From Rhodobacterales bacterium (lineage in GTDB: Bacteria; Pseudomonadota; Alphaproteobacteria; Rhodobacterales; Rhodobacteraceae): DNA of 32,735 nt. The stretch covers positions 1-32,735 of the forward strand of contig JAYSSN010000248.1 in the NCBI GenBank assembly GCA_043720555.1, read 5' to 3'. The notes beneath the pieces were generated by a model. That model did not search any database, had not been told where the DNA came from, and saw nothing but the letters and a program-made list of their open reading frames with translations. Every line of letters starts with the position of its first letter. The stretch's first letter is position 1. Of the stretch, positions 9,680 to 18,418 are shown piece by piece. A program made the position numbers and the translations under genes.

Positions 9680-10224
9680 GCCTTCTCCCCTTCCAGCACA
9701 TCGGGCCGCGCCTTCAGCGCCGTGGCAACTGTGACCGCCATCGCCTCGACCGACATCTCGGGCAAGCTGTCCACCACGATATCGGCCATCTGGTAGAAGG
9801 GCACGCGGGCCGCGTAAAGGGTCGCCAGCGTCTGGCGCGGGTTGGGCGTACGCAGCAAAGGCCGTGTCGTCTTGTGCCGCACGCGCTGCCATAACAGATC
9901 AAGGTCCGCGCGCAACCACACTGACACGCCATTGGCCGCCACAAGGGCGCGGTTCGGCTCCGCCAGAAATGCCCCGCCCCCGGTGGACAGCACACAAGGC
10001 GGGCCCCGCAACAGCCGCCCCAGCACCTCGGTTTCGCGGGCGCGAAAGAACGGTTCGCCATCGCGGGCAAAAATCTCGGCAATCGCCATGTGTGCGGCCT
10101 TCACGATCTCGTCGTCCGAATCGACGAAAGGCACCGCCAGCAGCCGCGCCAGAGACGTGCCCACGGCCGTCTTGCCCGCCCCCATCATGCCAACCATGAC
10201 CACGGTTTTCTTCAGTCGCACCAA
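9676..10224 (-). CDS. aroK: Shikimate kinase
   Basis: 182 aa. Walker A motif VGMMGAGKT followed by DSD. Typical size, and the classical aroK-aroB pairing with a 4-nt overlap. Confidence 0.9.
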   Translation of the reverse strand: MVRLKKTVVMVGMMGAGKTAVGTSLARLLAVPFVDSDDEIVKAAHMAIAEIFARDGEPFFRARETEVLGRLLRGPPCVLSTGGGAFLAEPNRALVAANGVSVWLRADLDLLWQRVRHKTTRPLLRTPNPRQTLATLYAARVPFYQMADIVVDSLPEMSVEAMAVTVATALKARPDVLEGEKA

Positions 10225-10428
10225 GCCCGTCCCCGTTTGTCGCCATCGCAGCGACCGGCCCCAAGCGGGGGGTCGCCGAACCCGTGGCGTTCACTTCTCA
10301 ATGGCGTGAAGTCACGCAAAATGCCATATATAATTGTATTGCCTCATGGCAGAGCCTATGTGCGAAGACATGATGGCAGACCAGGCGGGCAGGGTCTGAC
10401 CCAAGAAGAAAGAAACGGAAGGGCCGGG

Positions 10429-10566
10429 ATGATGTGGCGGTTGGTAAAGCTGGTGTTGTTGCTGCTGATCGCAGGGTTCATTGGTCTGACCGGATACGCG
10501 TATTTCGGTGACCTGTCGCCAGACCAGCGTGAAGTGACCCAGCCGGTGACGCTGGATGCGGAATAA
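10429..10566 (+). CDS. Small (45 aa) single-pass membrane protein, unknown function
   Basis: The ATG at 10429 has a purine-rich stretch (gaaacggaaggg) upstream. MMWRLVKLVLLLLIAGFIGLTGYAYF is a clear transmembrane helix. Its 3-prime end overlaps the next gene by 11 nt, which suggests translational coupling. Confidence 0.5.
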   Translation: MMWRLVKLVLLLLIAGFIGLTGYAYFGDLSPDQREVTQPVTLDAE

Positions 10567-12112
10567 ACCCGCCATTGTGCTGATCCTGTTGGCCAGCGCA
10601 TCGCCGCTGCGTGCCGAAGTCCCGTTGTCCGCCATAAACTGGCTGTCGGAATCAGTGGAAACATCCGTCATACAGGCCGGGTCGAACCAGTCGCCAAAGC
10701 CGATGGCACCCGTGGATGAGCCTGCTGTGACCGCCGGTGCGCTGCCGGATCCGGTCACGGTGACTGTGCTTGGCGCCCCGAACCTTGATGCCGTGGGCCT
10801 GCTGTCGCCGCAGGTCACGGGCTTGCCGCACAATCTGTGGGGCATGGGCCTGACGGACGACATTGCAGGCCTTGTGACCGTTGACCGCGCCGCAGTGCTG
10901 CCCGCGCTGCGCCAGTTGCTGGTCACCATCCTGCTGGCCGAAACAGACCCGCCGATCGATTCAAGCGGCAAGGGCCAGCTTTTGCTGTCGCGCATCGACA
11001 AACTGCTGGCGCTCGGGGCACTCGATCAGGCCGAGGCGCTGTTGGCTGCCGCCGACTCGACCGACCCTGCCCTGTTCCGCCGCGCTTTTGATGTGGCGCT
11101 GCTGACCGGCACCGAAGATGCAAAATGCAAGACGCTGACCCACACGCCGGGCCTGGCCCCGACCTTTCCTGCGCGCATTTTCTGCGTGGCGCGGTCGGGT
11201 GACTGGAATGCAGCAGCGCTGGCGCTGCGGAACGGCGTGACACTGGGCAACGTCACATCCGAGGACGAGGCCCTGATCGCCCGCTTCCTTGACCCCGAGC
11301 TTTACGAAGGCGAGCCGGTGCCACCACGTCCCGAACGGATCACCCCGTTGGCCTGGCGGATGTTCCAGGCGATTGGCGAGCCGTTATCAACCACCAACCT
11401 GCCGCTCGCCTTTGCCCATGCTGATCTGTCGGACCGGTCAGGCTGGAAAGCGCGGATCGAGGCGGCGGAACGGCTGGCGAGTGGCGGGGCAATCGCCCCC
11501 AACCTGCTGCTCGGCCTGTATACCGAGCGCGACCCCGCCGCTTCGGGCGGCGTCTGGGACCGGGTTCGCGCGTTTCAGGATTTTGACGCCGCCCTCGCCG
11601 CGCGTGACAAGGGCCGGATCATCGTCACCCTGCCAACGGTCTGGGCGGCGATGGAGGCGCAACAACTCGAAGTTCCGTTTGCCGCTCTCTATGCCGAACG
11701 CCTTGCCACGCAAAATCTGCCGGACGCGGCGGGGGGGCTGGCCTATCGCATCGCACTTTTGTCGCCGTTCTACGAACGCCTGGGCAACGCCCGCCTCACG
11801 ACCGACAAGGCCGAGGTTTTCCTGCAAGGGCTTGCACGCGGATCAGTCGAAGGGCTGGTCGCCCCCGACAGCATGGGGCGTGCGATCGGCCCGGCGTTCG
11901 TCACCCCCACTCCCTCGCCCGAGGCGCTGGCCCTGCTGGAGCAAGGACGCCTGGGCGAGGCGCTTTTGTTGTCGATCGACCAGGTCACGCGCGGTGTCAC
12001 GGGCGAATTGCGCGGTGTGACGGACGGGCTGTCCCTGCTGCGTCATGTCGGGCTTGAAGACGTCGCGCGACGCACGGCGCTGGAGCTGATGATTCTGGAA
12101 CGGCGGGGCTGA
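10556..12112 (+). CDS. Exported protein of unknown function (518 aa)
   Basis: Signal-peptide-like N-terminus MRNKPAIVLILLASASPLRAEV. Long Ala/Leu-rich, probably helical body. Coding-like third-position GC bias. I recognise no catalytic motif. Confidence 0.7.
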   Translation: MRNKPAIVLILLASASPLRAEVPLSAINWLSESVETSVIQAGSNQSPKPMAPVDEPAVTAGALPDPVTVTVLGAPNLDAVGLLSPQVTGLPHNLWGMGLTDDIAGLVTVDRAAVLPALRQLLVTILLAETDPPIDSSGKGQLLLSRIDKLLALGALDQAEALLAAADSTDPALFRRAFDVALLTGTEDAKCKTLTHTPGLAPTFPARIFCVARSGDWNAAALALRNGVTLGNVTSEDEALIARFLDPELYEGEPVPPRPERITPLAWRMFQAIGEPLSTTNLPLAFAHADLSDRSGWKARIEAAERLASGGAIAPNLLLGLYTERDPAASGGVWDRVRAFQDFDAALAARDKGRIIVTLPTVWAAMEAQQLEVPFAALYAERLATQNLPDAAGGLAYRIALLSPFYERLGNARLTTDKAEVFLQGLARGSVEGLVAPDSMGRAIGPAFVTPTPSPEALALLEQGRLGEALLLSIDQVTRGVTGELRGVTDGLSLLRHVGLEDVARRTALELMILERRG

Positions 12113-12115
12113 ACG

Positions 12116-13069
12116 ATGGTGCCTGCTGGCATGGAACGCTGGATTTCCACGTTTCTGGAAGCGCAGGCAGCAGAACTGGATGCGGCGCGCAACACGCGCC
12201 TTGCCTATGGCCGTGACCTGCTGGATTTTGCGGGCTGGCTTGCGCGCAACGGCGGTGACTTTGCCACCGCCACCCGCGACCATGTCGAAGGCTATCTCAT
12301 CCATTGTGACGCGCAGGGCCTGTCCAAGGCGACCCGCGCCCGCAGGCTGTCGGCGATCCGCCAGTTGTTCCGCTTTGCCCATGACGAAGGCTGGCGCGCC
12401 GATCATCCGGCGATCCGCATCACCGGGCCGGGGCGCGACAAGTCGCTGCCAAAGACCCTGAGCCATGCTGAGATTGACCGCCTGCTGGACGCCGCACGCC
12501 ACAAAGGGCGCACTGCGGGCGAACGGTTGCGCAACCGCTGCCTGCTTGAACTGCTGTATGCCACGGGCATGCGGGTGTCCGAACTCGTCACCCTGCCCGT
12601 GGCGGCGGTGCGGGGTGATCCGCGCATGATCCTTGTGCGCGGCAAGGGCGATAAGGAACGGATGGTGCCCCTGTCACAACATGCACGCGAGGCGGTGCGC
12701 GACTGGTTGGCCCACACGGACGCCACCGATGATGCCGCACGCACGAACGGTACCGCTGCATCAAAACAACTGTTTCCGGGCAGCGGCGCGGATGGCCACC
12801 TGACAAGGCAGCATTTTTATCTGCTTATCAAGGATATCGCGGCACGGGGCGGGGTGGACCCGGCGATTGTCACTCCCCACACCCTGCGCCATGCCTTTGC
12901 CACGCATCTGCTGGCGGGTGGTGCCGATCTGCGGGTGATTCAGACGCTGCTGGGCCACGCTGATATCGCCACGACCGAGATTTATACCCACGTGCTGGAT
13001 GAACACCTGCGCGATCTGGTGCTGGAGCATCACCCGCTGGCCAGATCACGGCCACCCGGAAAGGGCTGA
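12116..13069 (+). CDS. xerD: Site-specific tyrosine recombinase XerD
   Basis: N-terminal SAM-like domain (NTRLAYGRDLLDFAGWL). The C-terminal catalytic region has ATGMRVSEL, HTLRHAFATHLL and LLGHADIATTEIYTHV (R-H-R-Y signature). Confidence 0.9.
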   Translation: MVPAGMERWISTFLEAQAAELDAARNTRLAYGRDLLDFAGWLARNGGDFATATRDHVEGYLIHCDAQGLSKATRARRLSAIRQLFRFAHDEGWRADHPAIRITGPGRDKSLPKTLSHAEIDRLLDAARHKGRTAGERLRNRCLLELLYATGMRVSELVTLPVAAVRGDPRMILVRGKGDKERMVPLSQHAREAVRDWLAHTDATDDAARTNGTAASKQLFPGSGADGHLTRQHFYLLIKDIAARGGVDPAIVTPHTLRHAFATHLLAGGADLRVIQTLLGHADIATTEIYTHVLDEHLRDLVLEHHPLARSRPPGKG

Positions 13070-13071
13070 CC

Positions 13072-14397
13072 TCACCAAAAGACGATGCTTGCGGCAAGAT
13101 CCGTCAGGCTGGTGACGCCGTTCAGCTGCAACGCATCACCATCGCCAAAATTGAATACGACACCGTTTTGTGTCATGTGCGCATACAGATCAACCACCTG
13201 TTGCTTGCTCAGACGCCCGATCCACAGATCATCGTTCAGCACCAGCAGATCACGGTCTGTCAGGCGAAAGTCCTCGGCAATGTCGGTGCCGCCACCGTTG
13301 GAAAATACGAACTGATCGATGCCCAGACCGCCGCTGAGGGCATCGTCACCCGCACCACCGTGCAGATAGTCAGCCCCCGAATCGCCCCGCAGCAGATCGG
13401 CGCCCGCCCCCCCCAGCAAGCGGTCATTCAGCAAGCCACCACTCAGGGCGTCGTTGCCCGCGCCGCCATCCAGCGTGTCATTGCCATCAAGCCCGGTCAG
13501 CACATTGTCGCCTGCATTTCCGACCAGGATGTTGCGCGCCGCGGTCCCTGTGGCCATCAGCGCGCCAATTCCCAAAAGGGTGACAGTCTGGAGTCCCGTG
13601 CCCAGAATGATGCTGCTGGACGTATGAAAGGCCGTGCCGTTCACGACATCCAGCTTCACGTTCCCGATCGAGAAATCAACCGTGACGCTGAAGGCGACAC
13701 GCCCCGCGCGGCCCGTCACCACGGCGTCGTCGCTGTCGGTGACGGCCAGAGTGTAACCACCGGCCGCCTGCGATAGCGCGGTGATCCCATCGACCGCAAA
13801 GCTGGTCGCAGCCCGGCCTTCGCCGACGGAATAGAAGCCGTTTCTGTTCCTGTCGGCATAAACCACGCCTGTCAGGAACTGATTTGTACCATTGGCACCG
13901 AAAAGCTCGGTCAGCATGGATGCATTCAGGTCACCGGACCCCGGAAAGACAAACCGGCCCTGCTCTTGTGCGAGACCGACTTCGGCCAGCCCGTCGTTCA
14001 TCAGATTCGTGCGGTGCCCCGCACTGCGGAACAATCCCGCATGATGCGCGTCGATGGCCGCTGTCATGTTCACAGCAGCCGAACTGCCCCAAACGGCGAT
14101 GTTCTCGCCCAACATGGTCCAGCTGTATCCTGCCGCGTTGGCGCGGCTGTCCAGTGTCGAGCCATTTTCGCCCGTATGGCTGAAAATGTCGGTGGCCAGC
14201 ATCCACTGGGCATGGTTGATCGCCGCAGCCTCAAGCCATGCGTTCGGCGCCAGCACCTGACGCGCCGTCGTGGTGATGGTGCCGTCGGCCAGATTGTCGT
14301 TCAGGCCGACCCCGTACCGGGTGGCCTCGGCCGCCGGGTCAAGGCGGCCGCGGTTGATCAGTTCGAGCAGATATTGCTCGGTCGCGCTGAGAGGCAT
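13072..14397 (-). CDS. CAP/SCP (PR-1-like) domain protein with C-terminal RTX calcium-binding repeats
   Basis: The N-terminal region has CAP-family signatures (FSHTGENGSTLDSRANAAGYSW..GENIA, HAGLFRSAGHRTNLMN). The C-terminal third has GGxGxD repeats (GLDGNDTLDGGAGNDALSGG...GGAGDDALSGG). No signal peptide. Confidence 0.8.
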   Translation of the reverse strand: MPLSATEQYLLELINRGRLDPAAEATRYGVGLNDNLADGTITTTARQVLAPNAWLEAAAINHAQWMLATDIFSHTGENGSTLDSRANAAGYSWTMLGENIAVWGSSAAVNMTAAIDAHHAGLFRSAGHRTNLMNDGLAEVGLAQEQGRFVFPGSGDLNASMLTELFGANGTNQFLTGVVYADRNRNGFYSVGEGRAATSFAVDGITALSQAAGGYTLAVTDSDDAVVTGRAGRVAFSVTVDFSIGNVKLDVVNGTAFHTSSSIILGTGLQTVTLLGIGALMATGTAARNILVGNAGDNVLTGLDGNDTLDGGAGNDALSGGLLNDRLLGGAGADLLRGDSGADYLHGGAGDDALSGGLGIDQFVFSNGGGTDIAEDFRLTDRDLLVLNDDLWIGRLSKQQVVDLYAHMTQNGVVFNFGDGDALQLNGVTSLTDLAASIVFW

Positions 14398-14469
14398 GGC
14401 AGTGCTCGGTCTATGTCACATCCACATCCGGCTACTGCCGGATTGCGGCCAACATTGGACCAACTCGTG

Positions 14470-16014
14470 TCAGCGACTGCGGAACAGCGACCCCAATACC
14501 CCCCGCACGATCGCCTGGCCCCCGGCCGACCCGATCTGGCGCGCAAAGCTTTTCGCCAGTGTCTCGCCCACCGAATCTGCGGTTGACCGCCGGCGTGCGG
14601 GTTCGCGCGGCGTGTCCGCGTCGTACCGCCGGGCACGACTGAATTCGTCGGGGTTGATGCGCAGACCGCCGCCCTGTGGCGCGTCGGCCCTGGCCGCCTC
14701 GGCTGCCGCAGCAGCCGTGCGGGCCTGCAGCTTTTCAAACGCGGACTCGCGGTCGACCAGCGCATCGTACTTGCCTTTTACGGGCGACCCCGCCACCACG
14801 AGCGCGCGCTGCGCATCGTCAATCGGGCCCAGTTGTGACATCGGCGGCCGCACGAGGGTGCGTTCGGCAATGCCCGGAATGCCCTTTGCCTCCAGAAACG
14901 ACGTCACCGCCTCGCCGGTGCCGACATCGCGGATCGCGTCTTCAATCGCGAAGCGCGGGTTGGGGCGATAGGTTTCCGACGCCATCCGCAGGTCTTTCTG
15001 GTCTTTGGCGGTAAACGCCCGCAGCGCGTGCTGCACCCGGTTTCCCAGCTGTCCCAGAATATTCTCGGGCACGTCCGCGGGGTTTTGGGTAATGAAGTAG
15101 ACCCCCACGCCTTTCGACCGGATCAGGCGCGCCACCTGTTCCACCTTCATCACCAACGCCCTTGGCGCATCAGTGAACAACAGATGCGCTTCATCAAAGA
15201 AGAATACGAGCTTGGGTTTGTCGGGGTCGCCCACTTCGGGCAGAGTCTCGAACAGCTCTGACAACAGCCACAGCAGGAACGTCGCATAGAGACGCGGCGA
15301 ATTCATCAGTTTGTCAGCCGCCAGAATGTTGATGCGCCCCGCCCCGCTTTCATCCAGCAGCATCAGGTCGGCCAGCTCAAGGGCGGGTTCCCCGAACAAC
15401 CTGGCCCCGCCTTCGTTTTCCAGTACCAGCAAACGGCGCTGAATGGCCCCGATGGATGACGTCGCAACAAGACCGTAGCGTGTGCTGATCGTATCGGCAT
15501 TCTCGCCGATGAACACCAGCAACGCCTGCAGATCCTTCAGATCGAGCAGCCCAAGCCCTTCTTCATCCGCAAGGCGGAAGGCGACGTTCAGAACACCTTC
15601 CTGTGGTTCGGTCAGTTCCAGAAGACGGCTGAGCAGCAAGGGGCCCATTTCGGCGACGGTCGCACGGATGGGATGGCCCTTTTCACCGAACAGATCCCAG
15701 AACGTGACCGGAAACGCGCGGTAGCCAAGGGTATATCCAATCGTCGCCGACCGCTTTTGAAATGCTTCGTGCAGCTTGTGGGTATCGGACCCCGCAACGG
15801 CGATCCCGGCAAGATCGCCCTTCACATCGGCCATGAACACCGGCACACCCGCCGCCGAGAACCCTTCGGCCAACACCTGCAACGTCACCGTCTTGCCCGT
15901 GCCGGTGGCACCCGCGATCAACCCGTGCCGGTTGCCGTACTTCAGCAGCAGCACCTGCGGCGTGGGATAACCCTCGCCCCCGCCACCCACGAAAATACTG
16001 TCATCTGCGGCCAT
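14470..16014 (-). CDS. HerA-like helicase-domain ATPase (DUF853/YjgR family)
   Basis: 514 aa. Walker A GATGTGKT near the N-terminus and Walker B-like LVFFFDEAHLLF. The Arg/Ala-rich basic C-terminal tail is typical of YjgR-type proteins. Confidence 0.85.
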   Translation of the reverse strand: MAADDSIFVGGGGEGYPTPQVLLLKYGNRHGLIAGATGTGKTVTLQVLAEGFSAAGVPVFMADVKGDLAGIAVAGSDTHKLHEAFQKRSATIGYTLGYRAFPVTFWDLFGEKGHPIRATVAEMGPLLLSRLLELTEPQEGVLNVAFRLADEEGLGLLDLKDLQALLVFIGENADTISTRYGLVATSSIGAIQRRLLVLENEGGARLFGEPALELADLMLLDESGAGRINILAADKLMNSPRLYATFLLWLLSELFETLPEVGDPDKPKLVFFFDEAHLLFTDAPRALVMKVEQVARLIRSKGVGVYFITQNPADVPENILGQLGNRVQHALRAFTAKDQKDLRMASETYRPNPRFAIEDAIRDVGTGEAVTSFLEAKGIPGIAERTLVRPPMSQLGPIDDAQRALVVAGSPVKGKYDALVDRESAFEKLQARTAAAAAEAARADAPQGGGLRINPDEFSRARRYDADTPREPARRRSTADSVGETLAKSFARQIGSAGGQAIVRGVLGSLFRSR

Positions 16015-16144
16015 GCCGTCCCCCTAACCGTTGCACAAGGCGCACAAGCACCATTCACAGCGCACCATACATTTTTAACTTTGCTCTGCCAGTCTCGAAG
16101 TTGCCGGGCCGTGGTCTGGTGTGTGACGTCCTCCCTGTCGGACT

Positions 16145-16176
16145 GGCCGCGCCCCAAGGGTGCGGCCATTTTTGTG
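16145..16176 (+). terminator. Terminator-like hairpin plus T-tract inside the divergent intergenic region
   Basis: ggccgcgccc-caa-gggtgcggcc (10 bp, one G-U pair) followed by atttttgtg. Confidence 0.45.
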
Positions 16177-16274
16177 ATGGATATGATGGTGTTTCCCTGT
16201 TGACGGGGGGGATGAACGCCCTTAGCGTTCCGGTCACGACGTCGGCTAGTCCGACAGGGAGCAAAAAAATAAAT

Positions 16275-16310
16275 GGAAAAGGGTCGCTCCGGTGGCCCTT
16301 TTTCTATTTC
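16275..16310. terminator. Bidirectional terminator-shaped hairpin (A-tract, stem-loop, T-tract)
   Basis: ggaaaa-GGGTCG-ctccgg-TGGCCC-tttttctatttc. The reverse complement also ends in ttttccatttattttttt. Confidence 0.5.
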
Positions 16311-16411
16311 CGGCTGTGGGCGCGATTGCTGCCGAACACGCTTTTCTCACCTGACTTGGGCGGTCGCGCGTGCTAAGCGACTGCCAAAGTGACGTGACAC
16401 AGGACATTCCC

Positions 16412-17089
16412 ATGACCGATACCAAAATGATGCTGGCCCTGATCCTGACGCTGGGTCTGGGCACTGCCGCTTATGCCCAGGACACCGTCGAGGGTGGCGG
16501 CGCGGATGCACCCGCTGCCGAAGCCCCCGCCAGCGACGGCGCGGCCGATGCGCCCGCTACGGGTGATCTGTCACTTGGTGCCGTCGAAGGTGGCGCTGAC
16601 GGCCCCGGGTCACAGTACCTCGCCGGGACCCACGGGTCATGGGAGCAGCGGTGCATCCGCACCGAAGACGGTGCCGATCCTTGCCAGCTCTACCAGCTGT
16701 TGAAAGACGCAGAAGGCAACTCGGTTGCGGAAATCAGCATGTTTGATCTGCCCGAGGGCGGTCAGGCCGCTGCGGGCGCCACCATCGTTGCCCCGCTCGA
16801 AACCCTGCTGACCGAAAATATCCGCCTCAAGGTGGATGAGAGCCCCGCAAAGGTTTATCCGTTCACCTGGTGCAGCCAGATCGGCTGCGTGGCGCGCGTC
16901 GGCTTTACCGCCGATGAAGTTGCGCAGTTCAAGCGGGGCGCCAAAGCGACCGTGACGATCGTGCCGGTGGTGGCGCCGGATCAGAAGGTTGACCTTGATG
17001 TCTCGTTGACCGGCTTTACCGCCGGGTTTGCCGCAATGGTCGCGGCCAATGCCGGCGATCCGGTGGCACCGGTCGACGTACAGCCCTGA
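16412..17089 (+). CDS. Invasion-associated locus B (IalB) family periplasmic protein
   Basis: The Met at 16412 gives the signal peptide MTDTKMMLALILTLGLGTAAYAQ. This is followed by a low-complexity Ala/Gly/Asp linker and the IalB-like core (WEQRC...CQLYQ...PFTWCSQIGCVARVGFT). Confidence 0.8.
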   Translation: MTDTKMMLALILTLGLGTAAYAQDTVEGGGADAPAAEAPASDGAADAPATGDLSLGAVEGGADGPGSQYLAGTHGSWEQRCIRTEDGADPCQLYQLLKDAEGNSVAEISMFDLPEGGQAAAGATIVAPLETLLTENIRLKVDESPAKVYPFTWCSQIGCVARVGFTADEVAQFKRGAKATVTIVPVVAPDQKVDLDVSLTGFTAGFAAMVAANAGDPVAPVDVQP

Positions 17090-17222
17090 CGTGTTCTGTT
17101 TTTGATCCGGTCCACCAGACCGGAAACAAAACGCAACAATGTCATGCGGTTTCGTGTGCTGATTTGCAGCCGATCTGACTCAGATTGGCTGCAGACCACT
17201 TCACACCGTCGGCGCCATCGCT

Positions 17223-18416
17223 TCAGTACGGGCGGCGCAACGCGATGACCGCGTTCAGCCCGCCAAAGGCAAAGGCGTTCGACAGACAAGCCTCGACCCG
17301 TGCCTCCCGTGCAACGTTCGGCACCACATCCAGCCGACACTCCGGATCGGGCTGCACATGCCCGATGGTTGGCGCAATCACCCCCTCCTGCAATGCCATG
17401 AGGCAGGCCAGCAACTCCACCGCACCGGTGCCGCCGATCAGATGGCCATGCATTGCTTTGGTGGACGAGACGGGCACGCGGCCGCCGAAAATCTGTGCTA
17501 TCACGGCGGCCTCGGTCCGGTCATTGGCCGCCGTGCCGGTGCCATGCGCATTGATATAGCCGATGTCGTCCGCATTCAGCCCGGCATCCGCCAGCGCCAG
17601 CCGCATCGCCCGTGCCGCACCTTCGGCGGACGGCAGCACGATGTCGGCTGCGTCCGACGTCATGCCGAACCCGGCAACTTCGGCCAGAATGACCGCCCCG
17701 CGTGCCTTGGCATGGGTGATCTCTTCAAACACGAACACCCCGGCCCCTTCGCCCATCACCATGCCATTGCGGGTCGCGCAAAATGGCCGGCACCCGTCGT
17801 GCGACATCACGCGCAAGCCTTCCCAGGCCTTCAGCCCGCCAAAGCACAACATCGCCTCGGCCCCGCCGGTCAGCATCACATCCGCAAGTCCCGCGCGGAT
17901 CATCTGAAACGCCAGACCCATTGCATGATTGGAACTGGCGCAGGCCGAGGACACGCTGAACACCGGGCCTTTCAACCCATAGGCCATCGCCACATGGCTG
18001 ACAGCCGCCGAATTCATCAGACGTGGCACGGTTAACGGATGCACCCGCGACTTTCCCTCGGCATAGACCGCGCGATAGTTGTCGTCAGTGGTGCCCAGGC
18101 CCCCCGCCGCTGTCCCCATCACAACGCCTGTGCGCGTGCCATCACCAAAACCGGCATCCGCCTGCGCCACCGCCTGCTGCGCGGCTGCCAGCGTGAACTG
18201 CGTGAAACGATCATAAAGTGCGACATCCCGGCCAAAGGCGCTTTCATCCCACCCCCGCACCTGCCCGCCGATCTGCACCTGCAGCCGGTCCAGATCGCGC
18301 AGGTCCAATGGCCCGATCCCGCAGCGCCCCTCACGAAACGCCGCATAGGTGCCCGCCACATCATGAGCCAGGGCATTCACCGTCCCGGCCCCGGTGATGA
18401 CCACGCGGCGCATCAC
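17223..18416 (-). CDS. Beta-ketoacyl-ACP synthase (KAS I/II, FabF/FabB-like)
   Basis: 397 aa. Cys-His-His active-site signatures SSACASS, NAHGTGT and HGHLIGGTGA, plus C-terminal NAFAFGGLNA. The start lies 2 nt after the upstream ACP stop. Confidence 0.9.
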   Translation of the reverse strand: MMRRVVITGAGTVNALAHDVAGTYAAFREGRCGIGPLDLRDLDRLQVQIGGQVRGWDESAFGRDVALYDRFTQFTLAAAQQAVAQADAGFGDGTRTGVVMGTAAGGLGTTDDNYRAVYAEGKSRVHPLTVPRLMNSAAVSHVAMAYGLKGPVFSVSSACASSNHAMGLAFQMIRAGLADVMLTGGAEAMLCFGGLKAWEGLRVMSHDGCRPFCATRNGMVMGEGAGVFVFEEITHAKARGAVILAEVAGFGMTSDAADIVLPSAEGAARAMRLALADAGLNADDIGYINAHGTGTAANDRTEAAVIAQIFGGRVPVSSTKAMHGHLIGGTGAVELLACLMALQEGVIAPTIGHVQPDPECRLDVVPNVAREARVEACLSNAFAFGGLNAVIALRRPY

Positions 18417-18418
18417 GC

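Larger units (their letters stand above)
16100..16310 (+). ncRNA. Candidate structured small RNA or leader element (uncharacterised)
   Basis: Lies between divergent genes. A perfect 14-bp long-range inverted repeat, ctccctgtcggact (16131-16144) / agtccgacagggag (16248-16261), encloses several local hairpins, for example gaacgc-cctta-gcgttc. The element ends at terminator-like hairpins. The 5-prime end and the strand are uncertain. Confidence 0.3.

Noticed and set aside
8567-9892. The full 441-aa version of the aroB ORF, and similarly the extended N-termini of rlmE (to 23297) and ppx (to 24439).
   Set aside because: The extensions are Arg/Gly/Ala-rich, overlap the well-supported upstream gene on the same strand, and are absent from the family cores. 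Internal Met codons with ATGA coupling or an SD give canonical N-termini.
16101-16376. 91-aa plus-strand and 69-75-aa minus-strand ORFs in the divergent intergenic region. Also a tiny MDMMVFPC peptide ORF at about 16178-16204.
   Set aside because: No SD or convincing start context. Composition is atypical. The ORFs run straight through terminator-like hairpins. The RNA-structure explanation is more economical.
17093-17134. Extended hairpin (tccggt-ccaccag-accgga with flanking T-run and A-run) between convergent ialB and KAS genes. I first read it as a bidirectional terminator.
   Set aside because: The T-tract precedes the stem and the A-tract follows it on both strands. This is the opposite of the terminator arrangement, so it is just a long hairpin. 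A second 11-bp hairpin at 17166-17192 also lacks a U-tract.
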